From Candidatus Saccharimonadales bacterium (GTDB taxonomy: Bacteria; Patescibacteriota; Saccharimonadia; QS-5-54-17), in NCBI GenBank assembly GCA_040876925.1, contig JBBDOS010000003.1, forward strand, positions 61,207 to 125,206: 64,000 nt of DNA. The letters run 5' to 3'. Made by a program: the position numbers and the translations under genes. Every line of letters starts with the position of its first letter. Position 1 is the first letter of the stretch. Below the pieces are notes generated by a model, which was not told where the DNA came from, made no database searches, and saw only the letters and a list, made by a program, of their open reading frames with translations. Shown here one piece after another: positions 29,095 to 39,014 of the stretch.

Positions 29095-29180
29095 ACTCCT
29101 ACTATCATAACGTAAAACCGCCTAAGCTCTCAAGGCAACCATCAATTACAATAAATTATGATTAGCTTAAGAACTCAGAG

Positions 29181-29236
29181 CTGGGGAGGGTGTTTGTTTT
29201 GTGACATGGTTAGTCAACAAACACTTCCCTCCCCAG
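29181..29236. other. Long GC-rich imperfect inverted repeat (stem-loop); possible insertion boundary or terminator lacking a U-tract
   Basis: CTGGGGAGGGTGTTTGTT / AACAAACAC(TT)CCCTCCCCAG, ~18 bp stem with a 2-nt bulge and an 18-nt loop. It lies 20 nt downstream of the GC-rich ORF's stop. Confidence 0.6.
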
Positions 29237-29255
29237 CGAGAAACAAGTTTGTAGA

Positions 29256-29780
29256 TCAGGTGATGATCAATATACTGGTTCCGCAACGAATACTTGGAAC
29301 CTCATCATCGCCAATCAGCGAGAAGACCCTGTCGTGAAAACGACAGAATCCATCATCAGTGATAGCGTTGCGAACACACCTGAGTCCGAGACAGCGCCCC
29401 ATCGCCAGCGGATCGTGAAGTTCTAGACGATACCCATAATCATCAAGAACCTCGGAAGGCTCACCATAGACAAAGTTATCTATAGCTATAGGACTCGACC
29501 CCTCAGTGGGCAACAGATACTCCACGAGAACGTCATGTACTCGCCCATCATCCTCGAGGCGAGGATTTGGAATTGCAATCCAGTTATCGCCGTTAAGCGA
29601 AAACTCGAACGCAAGATCCCGACCTAGCAGCAATGCACTTGGGCAGTTGGTAATGAAATACTCCAACGTCCCCTTCCATATCGGAGTCGGTGCGATCGAA
29701 TCGGAGTTAAACTCCATTACGCGAAAGAACATTACTCTCCCCTTCATGCTCACTAATGGCTCCCTGCCACTAGGTCCCAA
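29256..29780 (-). CDS. Orphan hypothetical protein with atypical (~50% GC) composition
   Basis: 174-aa ORF with no recognizable motif to me. Cys-containing C-terminus (..CLGLRCVRN..FCRFH..). The best RBS (AAGGGGAGAG) precedes the internal Met at 29732 (MFFRVMEF...). Confidence 0.5.
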   Translation of the reverse strand: MGPSGREPLVSMKGRVMFFRVMEFNSDSIAPTPIWKGTLEYFITNCPSALLLGRDLAFEFSLNGDNWIAIPNPRLEDDGRVHDVLVEYLLPTEGSSPIAIDNFVYGEPSEVLDDYGYRLELHDPLAMGRCLGLRCVRNAITDDGFCRFHDRVFSLIGDDEVPSIRCGTSILIIT

Positions 29781-30127
29781 AATACTAATAAAGCTAAAGT
29801 ACTCTAAGATCTAGCGGCAGAGATATGTATCTACAAACTTATATCTTATAAAGAACCCTCATAAAAGCAGTTTAAAACTACCCTTAAAAGCTGGATAAAC
29901 GATACCATATTGTTTATAGTCGGTCAATTAATTTTTGGAGTTTTTAGATTATTAAAAAAGTTGCTAAATAAGTATTTACAAAACTATGTAAAAGTGGTAC
30001 TATAATTCTCTTTTGATAGATATAAGTTTGTAACTAGTATTTAGTTGTTAGTTTATGTAGGTTAAAAATATTTTAATGCTACTAGAGTGTAGTTTGGGTA
30101 GGTTTTGCAATCTAGCTCTTACCTACA

Positions 30128-30757
30128 CTACTCTTCTTCATTAGAATCAAGCAGATCTTCGTTTTTATCATCATCGGCTGAGCTATCTTCTTCTTGTATA
30201 TCTTTAAGTTGATCTCCACTACTTTTAATTAGCTTGTGGCTTAGGAAATAGAATACAGCTGCACCAACCAGGAAGAAGGCTCCTGCGTCTCCAGCGGCAT
30301 ACATGATTAAATCAGCTGGGTCTGAGTTACTGAGCAGCGCTAGCTTATCACTCACACTTTCTGCATCTGCAACCCTATCTGTTAATAGTGCTACCCACCA
30401 AGTAACTAGTATGGTCACTGCAGCTCCTGTTATCAATGTATATATAGTAGCTAGCTTGGATAGCTGGTCACTATCTTTAACGCTATATCTCTTATTGATA
30501 ATCTTGGCACTGGTGTAGGTACTAATAGTAAAGGTAACTACATAAAAGACTACTCCTACCGCAAGTAAGCCTATGAATTGACCTGCGGTAGTTGGTAATT
30601 CATCTGGCATCCATCCGGCTGCAACAGTTATCATCACAGCTATGATGGCTATAGCTAGTGGCAAGGCAAAGCCGCCTATATACCAGTGAGCGCAGGCCAT
30701 ATGCCATAGCTGCTTAGGCTTATTCTCTGTTGTTACCTTGTTGTTATCTTCTGCCAT
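30128..30757 (-). CDS. Membrane protein (4 TM) with acidic C-terminal tail
   Basis: 209 aa. Tail ..EEDSSADDDKNEDLLDSNEEE. Confidence 0.5.
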   Translation of the reverse strand: MAEDNNKVTTENKPKQLWHMACAHWYIGGFALPLAIAIIAVMITVAAGWMPDELPTTAGQFIGLLAVGVVFYVVTFTISTYTSAKIINKRYSVKDSDQLSKLATIYTLITGAAVTILVTWWVALLTDRVADAESVSDKLALLSNSDPADLIMYAAGDAGAFFLVGAAVFYFLSHKLIKSSGDQLKDIQEEDSSADDDKNEDLLDSNEEE

Positions 30758-30832
30758 GTTGATATCCTCCAGATTAGATATGTTTGTTCATATATTACTC
30801 TATTTATACTTATGTTTAAAGTTTTGTATCTA

Positions 30833-31474
30833 TTAGCAAGCTGAGAATAGGCCTAGATCAGCAGATCTAGCTGCTTCTTCAGCTTGTTGATACCTACCCT
30901 GTCTCTCATATGGAGTTATGAAGGTAAACTCTCTGGCGTAGCCCTCTTTAATTAGAAGTTCATTAATATCTACTGCATCTAGTAGTACATAGCGTAAGAA
31001 TCTATCATAGCTATCTTTATCATCCTGAGTGTTATCTGGTATTAGATTAATATTCTCGCCCAACAACAGATCCTCCACCCTATCAGCAGCTTCCTGACTA
31101 TAGCACTGATTACTATCTAGCTCTGGAGCATCTATCCCTATAAGTCGTACTGCCATCTCACCATCATATTCAGGGTTTGTGACCGTAATAGTGTCTCCAT
31201 CTACAACTCTTTGGACATAGTATGAGTATTCTTTTAGTAGAGTTTCTGGCTGTTCTTCTTCCTCGCTATTAGATAAATCTATGCCGGATTCGGGGATATT
31301 TGCTGCTGATAGAGCAAATAGCAGTAAAGTTACAAACGCTCCAGCAGCAAATACCTTAATAGCAACACCCCTACCCATCCTTATATATGACAGCCTATTA
31401 CCCTTATATATAAGGGTAAATACTAATAAGGCTGTTAGTAATATGAATGAAGTAAGTAATACATAGTCAATCAT
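30833..31474 (-). CDS. Membrane-anchored thermonuclease (staphylococcal nuclease/SNase fold)
   Basis: 213 aa. N-terminal TM. ..VVDGDTITV..RLIGIDAPE.. and a C-terminal ..Y..A...A....GL.. SNase signature. Confidence 0.7.
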   Translation of the reverse strand: MIDYVLLTSFILLTALLVFTLIYKGNRLSYIRMGRGVAIKVFAAGAFVTLLLFALSAANIPESGIDLSNSEEEEQPETLLKEYSYYVQRVVDGDTITVTNPEYDGEMAVRLIGIDAPELDSNQCYSQEAADRVEDLLLGENINLIPDNTQDDKDSYDRFLRYVLLDAVDINELLIKEGYAREFTFITPYERQGRYQQAEEAARSADLGLFSAC

Positions 31475-31597
31475 CGTAATAATAGTCTACCATTTTTAAA
31501 AGAAGTTATGCTTGTGACAAGTAATAACCGCATGCTAAAGTATATATGAGAGTAAAAATCAAAGATATTAGATAATATCTAAACAAGGAGTTGACTA

Positions 31598-34500
31598 ATG
31601 GAAAACGCCATCAGTGAGTGGGCAAAAAAACAAAAACGTACAATAAGCAATGCAATTTATACAATAGCGGGTTTCTCGCTGGTATTTTCTAGTACATTTG
31701 GTATGGCGATGCCTAGTATGGTTCAAGCAAGCAGCCATAATGTAGAAACAACTAATATTACATTCACTCAAAGTGAGCTTGATAACAATTGGGTAACTGA
31801 CAGAAAACACCCGTCAGGAGACGTAAACTCTGTTTCTTTTGACGGACGTAACAATGTTGCAAGAATTGGAGTATTAGCAGCGGAACAACACTCTAACTCT
31901 TTTTATCATTACGAAGGTATTAAGAGGGTTGGAGATTTTGGAAACAGTGTTCAGGTAGATTTGTATGTACCGAGTGACTGGGAAGAAGCGGAACCTATTA
32001 ATGTTGGACTCTGGTCGAGCGATAACCCTCTTTCAGCCTACCCATTAATCGTATACCGCAATAATGAAAATATAGATGCTGGTTTCTACACATGGGATGT
32101 TGTATATGATGAGGATATAGAGAAATGGGTTGGCGTCTATAATCTAAGTGCTGTTAATGTCAACTACGATGGCTGGAATACACTTAGCATATCCCTGGAT
32201 GAAGATAGCAACACAGCCAACTATGCGATTAACGAAGAAGCAACAGGCAGCATATACGCTTCTGGTGATAATATTGGCGAGATATTCATGAACCACTACA
32301 ATGACGGTGTTCGTGATTACGATGCATACTGGCACGGAATGTCATTTAGCAGAACCATCCCAACTGGCGATGTAGAAATTAACGCTTACTTCTGTGAAGA
32401 CGGAACGAGCATCTCTTGGGGATCAAATGGCCCAGACGGAATCACACCTGATGAATGCGTGCCGGCAGAAGGCTTGAACTTCTCAAATGTGGAAGAAACC
32501 GACAAAGAACCTGGCGACCCTTCTTCGCCATGGTCGAATGAGCCAATCGCACAAACAGTATCCACAAATGCAAATGGCGTAGCAGTATTAGAAGATCTCT
32601 CAGCAGAGCACCGACATGGAATCATTTCAGAAGATTATCAAAATGAAATGATTTTCTATGCTTGTGAAGATGACAGTAGCTCAGGTGGTAATCCGCAAGA
32701 TGAGTACGAATATGCATTTCCTGTAAAGAATCAGACGAAGCAATGTGTCGCTTATTTTGTAGACAGCCAAGTTCCAGCCATGTCTGACATAACAATGTTC
32801 GTGAATGGCACAGAGTCTGAACTTGCAAAAAGCGGTGACGAAATACGAATAGAAGCGACAGTTGTGGACGAAAGTGGCGTAAATAGAGTGCAGATATGGG
32901 TCAGGAACTTCCCTTACACTGGTGAGCAGCTTACAAGTGGAGAAATGACTAATGTGTCCGGCAGCTTGTACGAGTTTGTCTTTACGCTACCAGAGACATA
33001 TGAAAGTGGTGGCGATATAAACGAAGAGTTTGAAGGCAATTACTTTAACTTCCGTCCGACCGATTCAATCGGTAACAACTACATAGGCAGCCGCGAGAAC
33101 TTTACAATCGACAACACCGCACCGAATATTACAAATGTATCTCTGATACCGGATCTCATAAATCCAGACAGAGAAAACCCAACTCTGAAAGCTAATATTG
33201 AAGATATTGGTAGTGGCGTAGAAAAAGTGCAGTACAAAGTATATGCATCTGACGGATCAACCGCAGCTGGCTATAAAGACATAGCGCACGATCCAAATAC
33301 AAACTCTGTAGATGATGAGATAGATATTGCAGGTTTAGAAGATGGTGAATATAGCTTAGGTGTTAGAGCGTTTGACAATGCAGGCAACAAGAAAAATGTA
33401 GGAAATGCGGCAAGCAGTATACAAATTCCGTTTACAGTAGATACTAGTTCACCTAGAATCACAAACGCCTCGCTTTCATTAGATCTCATAAACTCAAACG
33501 AAGACAATCCAACCCTAACAGCAGATATCGACGGCACAGGTAGTAACGTTGCGGATGTGCAATACAGAATACATAAATCACCATTTGAGAAAATCGACGG
33601 TTTTGGTTGGGAGCCAGTAGATGCTGAGGATGGCGACTACGATAGTATCCTTGAGTCAATTTCAAGCGAGATTGATGTAGCTGGACTTGGTGATGGCGAA
33701 TATCTTGTGCGAGTAAGAGCTTTTGACGAAGCAGGCAACAAGAAAAGTGGTGTTGATGTAGAGTTTACTGTCGACAACACCGCACCAGTAGCCGAAATCA
33801 CCCAGCCAAACGATGAACAAATTGTCTTCGGAGAAGTTGAGCTTGTTGGTGAAGTAACTGACGAGAACTCAAAGAACTCTCACTTTGAAATTCAAGATTC
33901 AGAAGGAAACCGGGTAGATTCTGACACGCTTAAAAATGGTTCAAAAAACCACGAGTACACCTGGGATACATCTGGCCTCGATGACGGTTTCTACACTATC
34001 TACTTTGAAGCAAGAGACCTAGCGGGCAATAAAGATGGCAGTCGCAATAACCCAGGCAAATCTGTCTATGTCATTACAGTTACTGTAGATAATACTGCGC
34101 CAGATGTAGATGCTGGTACTGATCAGAACATCATAAACTCGCTAGAGTCACAGCTATCAGGTACAGCAGATGATACGACAACATCCATAGCAAGTGTATT
34201 ATGGACTCAACTAAGCGGTCCTGGTGTAACCAACTTCTTTGGTGATGAAGACACCCTAGATCCATCTATAGAAGTTGACGCATTTGGCACATACACCTAC
34301 GAATTAACTGCTACTGATGAGACTGGTAACGAAGTTAGTGATACTGTTGTCGTAACCTTTGAAGAAGATGACAGTGAGGACGATACTATAAACACCAACA
34401 CCGGAGAACCTCTAACACCAGGAGGAGGCGAAGTATTCTTTACAGCTTTAGACACTGGCGCTACTGAGGATAATGAAGAAGATGCTACAGAAGAGGATGA

Positions 34501-34696
34501 AGGCTCTGACGAAGGTGAAGACGAGAATGGAAATGGAAACGGCAACGAGAATGAGAACGGTGAAGAAGTTCTAGCCGAAGAAGATGATCGTTCATTCTCA
34601 CTATGGTGGTGGCTACTCCCTATAGCTATCCTATCCTTCGCTATCCTGTTTGCTCGCAGACGCAAGGATGATGAGTCTGGGTTAATGGACAACTAA
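31598..34696 (+). CDS. Large cell-surface protein with tandem Ig-like repeat modules, acidic G/N/E-rich linker and C-terminal TM anchor
   Basis: 1032 aa. Signal peptide. At least 4 repeats starting FT(I/V)DNTAP with recurring RAFD(N/E)AGNKK. C-terminus ..SLWWWLLPIAILSFAILFARRRK... AGGAG RBS. Confidence 0.75.
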   Translation: MENAISEWAKKQKRTISNAIYTIAGFSLVFSSTFGMAMPSMVQASSHNVETTNITFTQSELDNNWVTDRKHPSGDVNSVSFDGRNNVARIGVLAAEQHSNSFYHYEGIKRVGDFGNSVQVDLYVPSDWEEAEPINVGLWSSDNPLSAYPLIVYRNNENIDAGFYTWDVVYDEDIEKWVGVYNLSAVNVNYDGWNTLSISLDEDSNTANYAINEEATGSIYASGDNIGEIFMNHYNDGVRDYDAYWHGMSFSRTIPTGDVEINAYFCEDGTSISWGSNGPDGITPDECVPAEGLNFSNVEETDKEPGDPSSPWSNEPIAQTVSTNANGVAVLEDLSAEHRHGIISEDYQNEMIFYACEDDSSSGGNPQDEYEYAFPVKNQTKQCVAYFVDSQVPAMSDITMFVNGTESELAKSGDEIRIEATVVDESGVNRVQIWVRNFPYTGEQLTSGEMTNVSGSLYEFVFTLPETYESGGDINEEFEGNYFNFRPTDSIGNNYIGSRENFTIDNTAPNITNVSLIPDLINPDRENPTLKANIEDIGSGVEKVQYKVYASDGSTAAGYKDIAHDPNTNSVDDEIDIAGLEDGEYSLGVRAFDNAGNKKNVGNAASSIQIPFTVDTSSPRITNASLSLDLINSNEDNPTLTADIDGTGSNVADVQYRIHKSPFEKIDGFGWEPVDAEDGDYDSILESISSEIDVAGLGDGEYLVRVRAFDEAGNKKSGVDVEFTVDNTAPVAEITQPNDEQIVFGEVELVGEVTDENSKNSHFEIQDSEGNRVDSDTLKNGSKNHEYTWDTSGLDDGFYTIYFEARDLAGNKDGSRNNPGKSVYVITVTVDNTAPDVDAGTDQNIINSLESQLSGTADDTTTSIASVLWTQLSGPGVTNFFGDEDTLDPSIEVDAFGTYTYELTATDETGNEVSDTVVVTFEEDDSEDDTINTNTGEPLTPGGGEVFFTALDTGATEDNEEDATEEDEGSDEGEDENGNGNGNENENGEEVLAEEDDRSFSLWWWLLPIAILSFAILFARRRKDDESGLMDN

Positions 34697-34737
34697 AAAA
34701 ACAAAGCTACTAACTAAAACAAAAATAAATACACCCT

Positions 34738-34761
34738 AAAGCCCCGATTTCTCGGGGCTTT
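34738..34761. terminator. Bidirectional intrinsic terminator between convergent genes
   Basis: AAA-GCCCCGA-tttc-TCGGGGC-TTT. Confidence 0.85.
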
Positions 34762-34796
34762 AGACTTTAAAAGCAGAAGGCTATATCATACTGATA

Positions 34797-37700
34797 TTAA
34801 GCTACTCTAATATCATCAACTTTCTTAGTATCTTTTAGAGAATTAATCAACTCATCGTTAATATCAACTGTGGCAGGTAGTTTCACCTTCTTATCCCCTA
34901 CTAATATAAAGACGTTGCTTAAACCTTCCGTGCTATCAATCAACTTCTTGATAGACATTAAGGTTTCTTGATCACGAGCATTATCCTCAGATAGATAAAT
35001 CTCTAGAGTCTCAGCTTCTATGCCGTTGCTACTCTTTTGCTTTTGCCCTTGTTTATCCCTGCCCTTGTCTTTATTCTCATTCTTAGTTGTCGGTACATCT
35101 AGCCCTACCGGTGCTTTTTTATCCTTAGGCTGAGAGCTTGAGTTATTAACTGCCGCACTTTTAGCTTCTTGTTCTGAAATCTCCCGAACCTTATCGGCCA
35201 TAATCTTCACCTCATCACCATATTTACCATCCCTATCCTTAGTATTTACCTTACCCTGGACTAACAGGACCTTATCTGGCTGCCAGTGTTCTTTAGAAGC
35301 CTCGTAAACACTGGGGAATACTATGACTTCCACCTCTCCGCTCTTATCCTCTAGTTTAGCAAAAGCCATATTAGCTCCATTACGGGTAGTGATTTCTCTT
35401 ACTGTAGTAACTAATCCACCTACCTGGACATTATCCCCCTCTTTCTCTTTAGTAATTCTATCTAGAGATAGTGCCTTATCGCTCAAGAAGCCCTCAAAAT
35501 CATCTAACGGGTGGGAGGATAGGTATACTCCTAGCAATTCTCTCTCCCACTGCAAGTAGTCTCTAGTACTTAGTTGCTCATCTGGTGCTTCCATATCTAG
35601 CTTGGGTTGCAAGGATTCATCTATAACCGAGTCACCGAATAGGTCGGTCTGGCCGTTGGCGATATCTTTTTGTAACCTCTGGGCAAACGCTACTATCTTA
35701 TCTAGGTTATGCAGCAGCGTAGCTCTATCTTCTAAGCTATCAAAGGCTCCAGCCTTAATTAATGACTCCCAAGCTTTACGATTCACCTTGGCAGTAGATA
35801 CTCTCTTGGCAAAGTCTTCGACGCTAGTAAATTTACCGTCTTCTTTACGGACATCAATAATCTCCTCTACCGCTCCAACGCCAACGTTTTTAATAGCACT
35901 CAAAGCAAAGCGTATCTCACCCTCTGGAGCACCATCAGCTATGGGATTATCTTTACTGACCTCAAAAGGTCTAACTGCAAACTCTACAAAACCTTCATTG
36001 ACATCTGGGGGTAGTACCTCTATACCCATATGACGACATTCAGCTATCTCGATAGCTATCCTATCGGTATCACCAAAATCAGAAGTCATTAGAGCCGCCA
36101 TAAAAGCTGCTGGATAGTGAGCTTTTAAGTAGGCTGTCTGGTAGGATATCAATCCGTAACAAGCAGCGTGAGACTTGTTAAAACAGTAAGCCGCAAAGTC
36201 TTCTAGCTGCTTCCAGAGCTTCTCCATTAAAGCCTTATCGGCTCCAGAATGTTTAATGCCGCCTTCGATAAACTCTTCTTTCATCTTGGCCATTAAATCA
36301 GCTAGTTTCTTACCGATAGCTTTTCTTAAGGTATCGGCCTGTCCACCAGTAAAACCACATAGATCTCTAGCTATCTGCATGACCTGCTCTTGATAAACCA
36401 AAATACCATAAGTAGTCTCTAGGGACTCTTCCATTTTAGGGTGCATATATTCTACTTTCTGGCGGCCATGTTTACGATCGATAAAGTCATCTATAAACTG
36501 CATCGGTCCTGGACGATACAAAGCTACCATAGCGATAATGTCATCAAACCTATTGGGCTGGAGTTGTTTAATATAGCGCTTCATACCAGCAGACTCTAAC
36601 TGGAAAACTCCAGTAGTATCACCTCTACCTAGTAGTTCAAACGTCTTAGTATCATCCATCGGTATATTAGTGATATCAACATCTTCCTTATGGACTTTAC
36701 GGATGATACGCAGAGCGTTTTTGATAGTAGTTAGGTTAGATAATCCTAGAAAATCCATCTTAAGTAGACCCAGCTCTTCTACTGGACCCATGGAGTATTG
36801 AGTAGAGACTACGCCCTTTTGAGCCATCTCAAGCGGTGTGTATTTAACGATATCATCAGGAGCTATCACAACTCCGGCAGCATGGACGCCGTGGGAACGA
36901 ATAGTTCCCTCTAGTCTAATTGCTAGATCAATTACTTTCTTCGACTGAGGATTGTTCTGATACTCTTCCTTCAATTCAGCATTTTCTTCTATACTGATCT
37001 TTAGAGGGATGTGCCGTCCCTGGATAGGAGTTGGCACCATCTTAGCCAGCCTATCTGCATCAACGTAAGAAACTCCTAATACCCTAGCTGTATCGCGAAT
37101 AGCGTTTCTAGCCGCCATCTTACCAAAGGTAACTATATTAGCCACCTTATCAGCCCCATATTTTTTGATAGTGTAGTCTATCACCTCACCACGACGAGAA
37201 TCCTGGATATCGATATCGATATCTGGCATAGATATACGATCTGGGTTAAGAAAACGCTCAAACAGTAGGTCATACTCTAGCGGGTCAAGATCAGTGATAT
37301 TAAGCGCGTAAGAAACAATCGATCCAGCTGCTGAGCCACGGCCAGGACCAAAGATAATACCTTGGTCTTTACCCCAGGTAATAAAGTCTGAAACTATCAA
37401 GAAGTAGCCAGCAAAGCCCATGCTATTAACCACACCTAATTCATAATCAAAACGCTCTAGGATATCTTTACCTGCCATCTTTCTGACCTCATCTATAGAC
37501 AGCTTATCGGCCTCTTCCTTAGTCTTGCTGCTATAGCGCCAAGCTAGACCTTGATGAGCTAGCAGATCCAGATACTCTTTCTCACTCACCCCTTTAGGCG
37601 TATCAAACTGAGGAATTAATATCCCACCAAGCTCAATATCTACCTGGCAACGATCAGCTATAGCTTTGGTATTAGTTAGTACTTCCAGGTTATTGCTCCA

Positions 37701-38534
37701 GCGACTAAAGACGTCCTGAGGATCAGATACAAATAACTCCATATCTTTTAGCGACATCCTGTTAGTATCATTTAGTTGAGAGCCAGTCTGTACGCAAAGC
37801 AATACTTCATGGGCGTCTTGATCTTCCGCGAAGCAGTAGTGAGCATCAGCTGTTAGAACTGCTTGAATATCTAATTTCTTAGCTAGAGACATGATTTTAT
37901 CATTCACTCTAGCTTGTTCATCCCATTCATGGCCATGATCTTGTAGCTCTAGATAGTATCTATCACCAAAAACCGACTTATACCACTTGGCTATTTCTTC
38001 AGCTTCCTTATCTTGGTTATTGCGCAAAGCATCGCCTAGCTCACCGCCTATGCAACCAGAAAGTACTATCAAACCTTCACTGTGCTCTTCAAGTAATTGC
38101 CTATCGATACGAGGCTTGTAGTAGAAGCCGTCTAGATGAGCTATGGTAGATAGTCTCATCAAGTTCTTATACCCCTGATTATTCATAGCTAGTAAGATTA
38201 AGTGGAATGGGTTGGCATCTTTTTTGCCCTCTTTATCAGTGTGTTTACGTGGAGCCATATAGGTTTCGATGCCTATAACAGGTTTGATGCCGCGTTTCTT
38301 GGCCTCTTTATAGAACTCTATGGCGCCGCTTAAGGTGCCGTGATCTGTTAGGGCAACGGCTTCCATGCCTAAATCTTCAACCCTATCAAGCATTTCAGGA
38401 ACTTTTTGTAAGCCATCTAGCAAGCTGTAGTGAGTGTGGTTGTGCAAGTGGACAAAGTCACTGGATTTAAAAGCCGGCGACTTACTTTTTGCCTTAGTAG
38501 ATATACTACCTTTTGGAGTGGTTTTTGGTGTCAC
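34797..38534 (-). CDS. dnaE: DNA polymerase III alpha subunit
   Basis: 1245 aa. PHP domain (HLHNHTHYSLLDG), polymerase core, OB fold and a Lys-rich C-terminal extension. Confidence 0.9.
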   Translation of the reverse strand: MTPKTTPKGSISTKAKSKSPAFKSSDFVHLHNHTHYSLLDGLQKVPEMLDRVEDLGMEAVALTDHGTLSGAIEFYKEAKKRGIKPVIGIETYMAPRKHTDKEGKKDANPFHLILLAMNNQGYKNLMRLSTIAHLDGFYYKPRIDRQLLEEHSEGLIVLSGCIGGELGDALRNNQDKEAEEIAKWYKSVFGDRYYLELQDHGHEWDEQARVNDKIMSLAKKLDIQAVLTADAHYCFAEDQDAHEVLLCVQTGSQLNDTNRMSLKDMELFVSDPQDVFSRWSNNLEVLTNTKAIADRCQVDIELGGILIPQFDTPKGVSEKEYLDLLAHQGLAWRYSSKTKEEADKLSIDEVRKMAGKDILERFDYELGVVNSMGFAGYFLIVSDFITWGKDQGIIFGPGRGSAAGSIVSYALNITDLDPLEYDLLFERFLNPDRISMPDIDIDIQDSRRGEVIDYTIKKYGADKVANIVTFGKMAARNAIRDTARVLGVSYVDADRLAKMVPTPIQGRHIPLKISIEENAELKEEYQNNPQSKKVIDLAIRLEGTIRSHGVHAAGVVIAPDDIVKYTPLEMAQKGVVSTQYSMGPVEELGLLKMDFLGLSNLTTIKNALRIIRKVHKEDVDITNIPMDDTKTFELLGRGDTTGVFQLESAGMKRYIKQLQPNRFDDIIAMVALYRPGPMQFIDDFIDRKHGRQKVEYMHPKMEESLETTYGILVYQEQVMQIARDLCGFTGGQADTLRKAIGKKLADLMAKMKEEFIEGGIKHSGADKALMEKLWKQLEDFAAYCFNKSHAACYGLISYQTAYLKAHYPAAFMAALMTSDFGDTDRIAIEIAECRHMGIEVLPPDVNEGFVEFAVRPFEVSKDNPIADGAPEGEIRFALSAIKNVGVGAVEEIIDVRKEDGKFTSVEDFAKRVSTAKVNRKAWESLIKAGAFDSLEDRATLLHNLDKIVAFAQRLQKDIANGQTDLFGDSVIDESLQPKLDMEAPDEQLSTRDYLQWERELLGVYLSSHPLDDFEGFLSDKALSLDRITKEKEGDNVQVGGLVTTVREITTRNGANMAFAKLEDKSGEVEVIVFPSVYEASKEHWQPDKVLLVQGKVNTKDRDGKYGDEVKIMADKVREISEQEAKSAAVNNSSSQPKDKKAPVGLDVPTTKNENKDKGRDKQGQKQKSSNGIEAETLEIYLSEDNARDQETLMSIKKLIDSTEGLSNVFILVGDKKVKLPATVDINDELINSLKDTKKVDDIRVA

Positions 38535-38681
38535 GAAATCGCCTCACATATTATTCTGCTACGTCTAGTTATATTTTAACACGACAAAGATAGAGGTTTC
38601 CTTAAGTAGTTTGGAAGAAATATTGAGATAGATACAAATAAAAAAGCAGATAAATAGGATATTTCAAAAGAAGTCAAAAGA

Positions 38682-38999
38682 CTAATCTATAACATTGCCA
38701 TTTTCTATAGCCCCACCTAAAGCATCAAACCATTCGCCAATTACGGGTAAAGCTCCGAAGGTATTAAGTAACCATATAGCTACTGCTACTAATAAAGTAG
38801 CTCCGATAACACTACCAAACCCTACTAATAGACCCCTCGTAAGGTTGATAAGAATAAAGCGTCGCCAATTATAGCTGACTAATATATTGTCCTTAATCAT
38901 AGTTTGCACCAGAGTTTTGCCTAGGCGTTGGTAGTCTTTATCGCTACTAGGTTCTTTATTGATAGATTCGATATCGTTATTGTCTTTATTGTCTCTCAT
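38682..38999 (-). CDS. Small membrane protein
   Basis: 105 aa with two TM segments. Confidence 0.45.
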   Translation of the reverse strand: MRDNKDNNDIESINKEPSSDKDYQRLGKTLVQTMIKDNILVSYNWRRFILINLTRGLLVGFGSVIGATLLVAVAIWLLNTFGALPVIGEWFDALGGAIENGNVID

Positions 39000-39014
39000 G
39001 AGAAATTACTCTTC

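Noticed and set aside
29506..29814. Plus-strand 102-aa ORF over the GC-rich island
   Set aside because: Antisense to the better-supported minus-strand ORF, which has the RBS.
29940..30010. TTGCTA ... TATAAT promoter-like hexamers on the plus strand in the 29781-30127 spacer
   Set aside because: Spacing is 34 nt (and 20 nt for the alternative TTTACA), outside the 16-18 nt window, and no plus-strand gene follows.
32144..32828. Three minus-strand ORFs (63-79 aa) plus 33271-33537 and 34297-34692 on the minus strand
   Set aside because: All lie antisense within the large surface-protein gene; 34297-34692 is the mirror image of the acidic/G-N repeat region.
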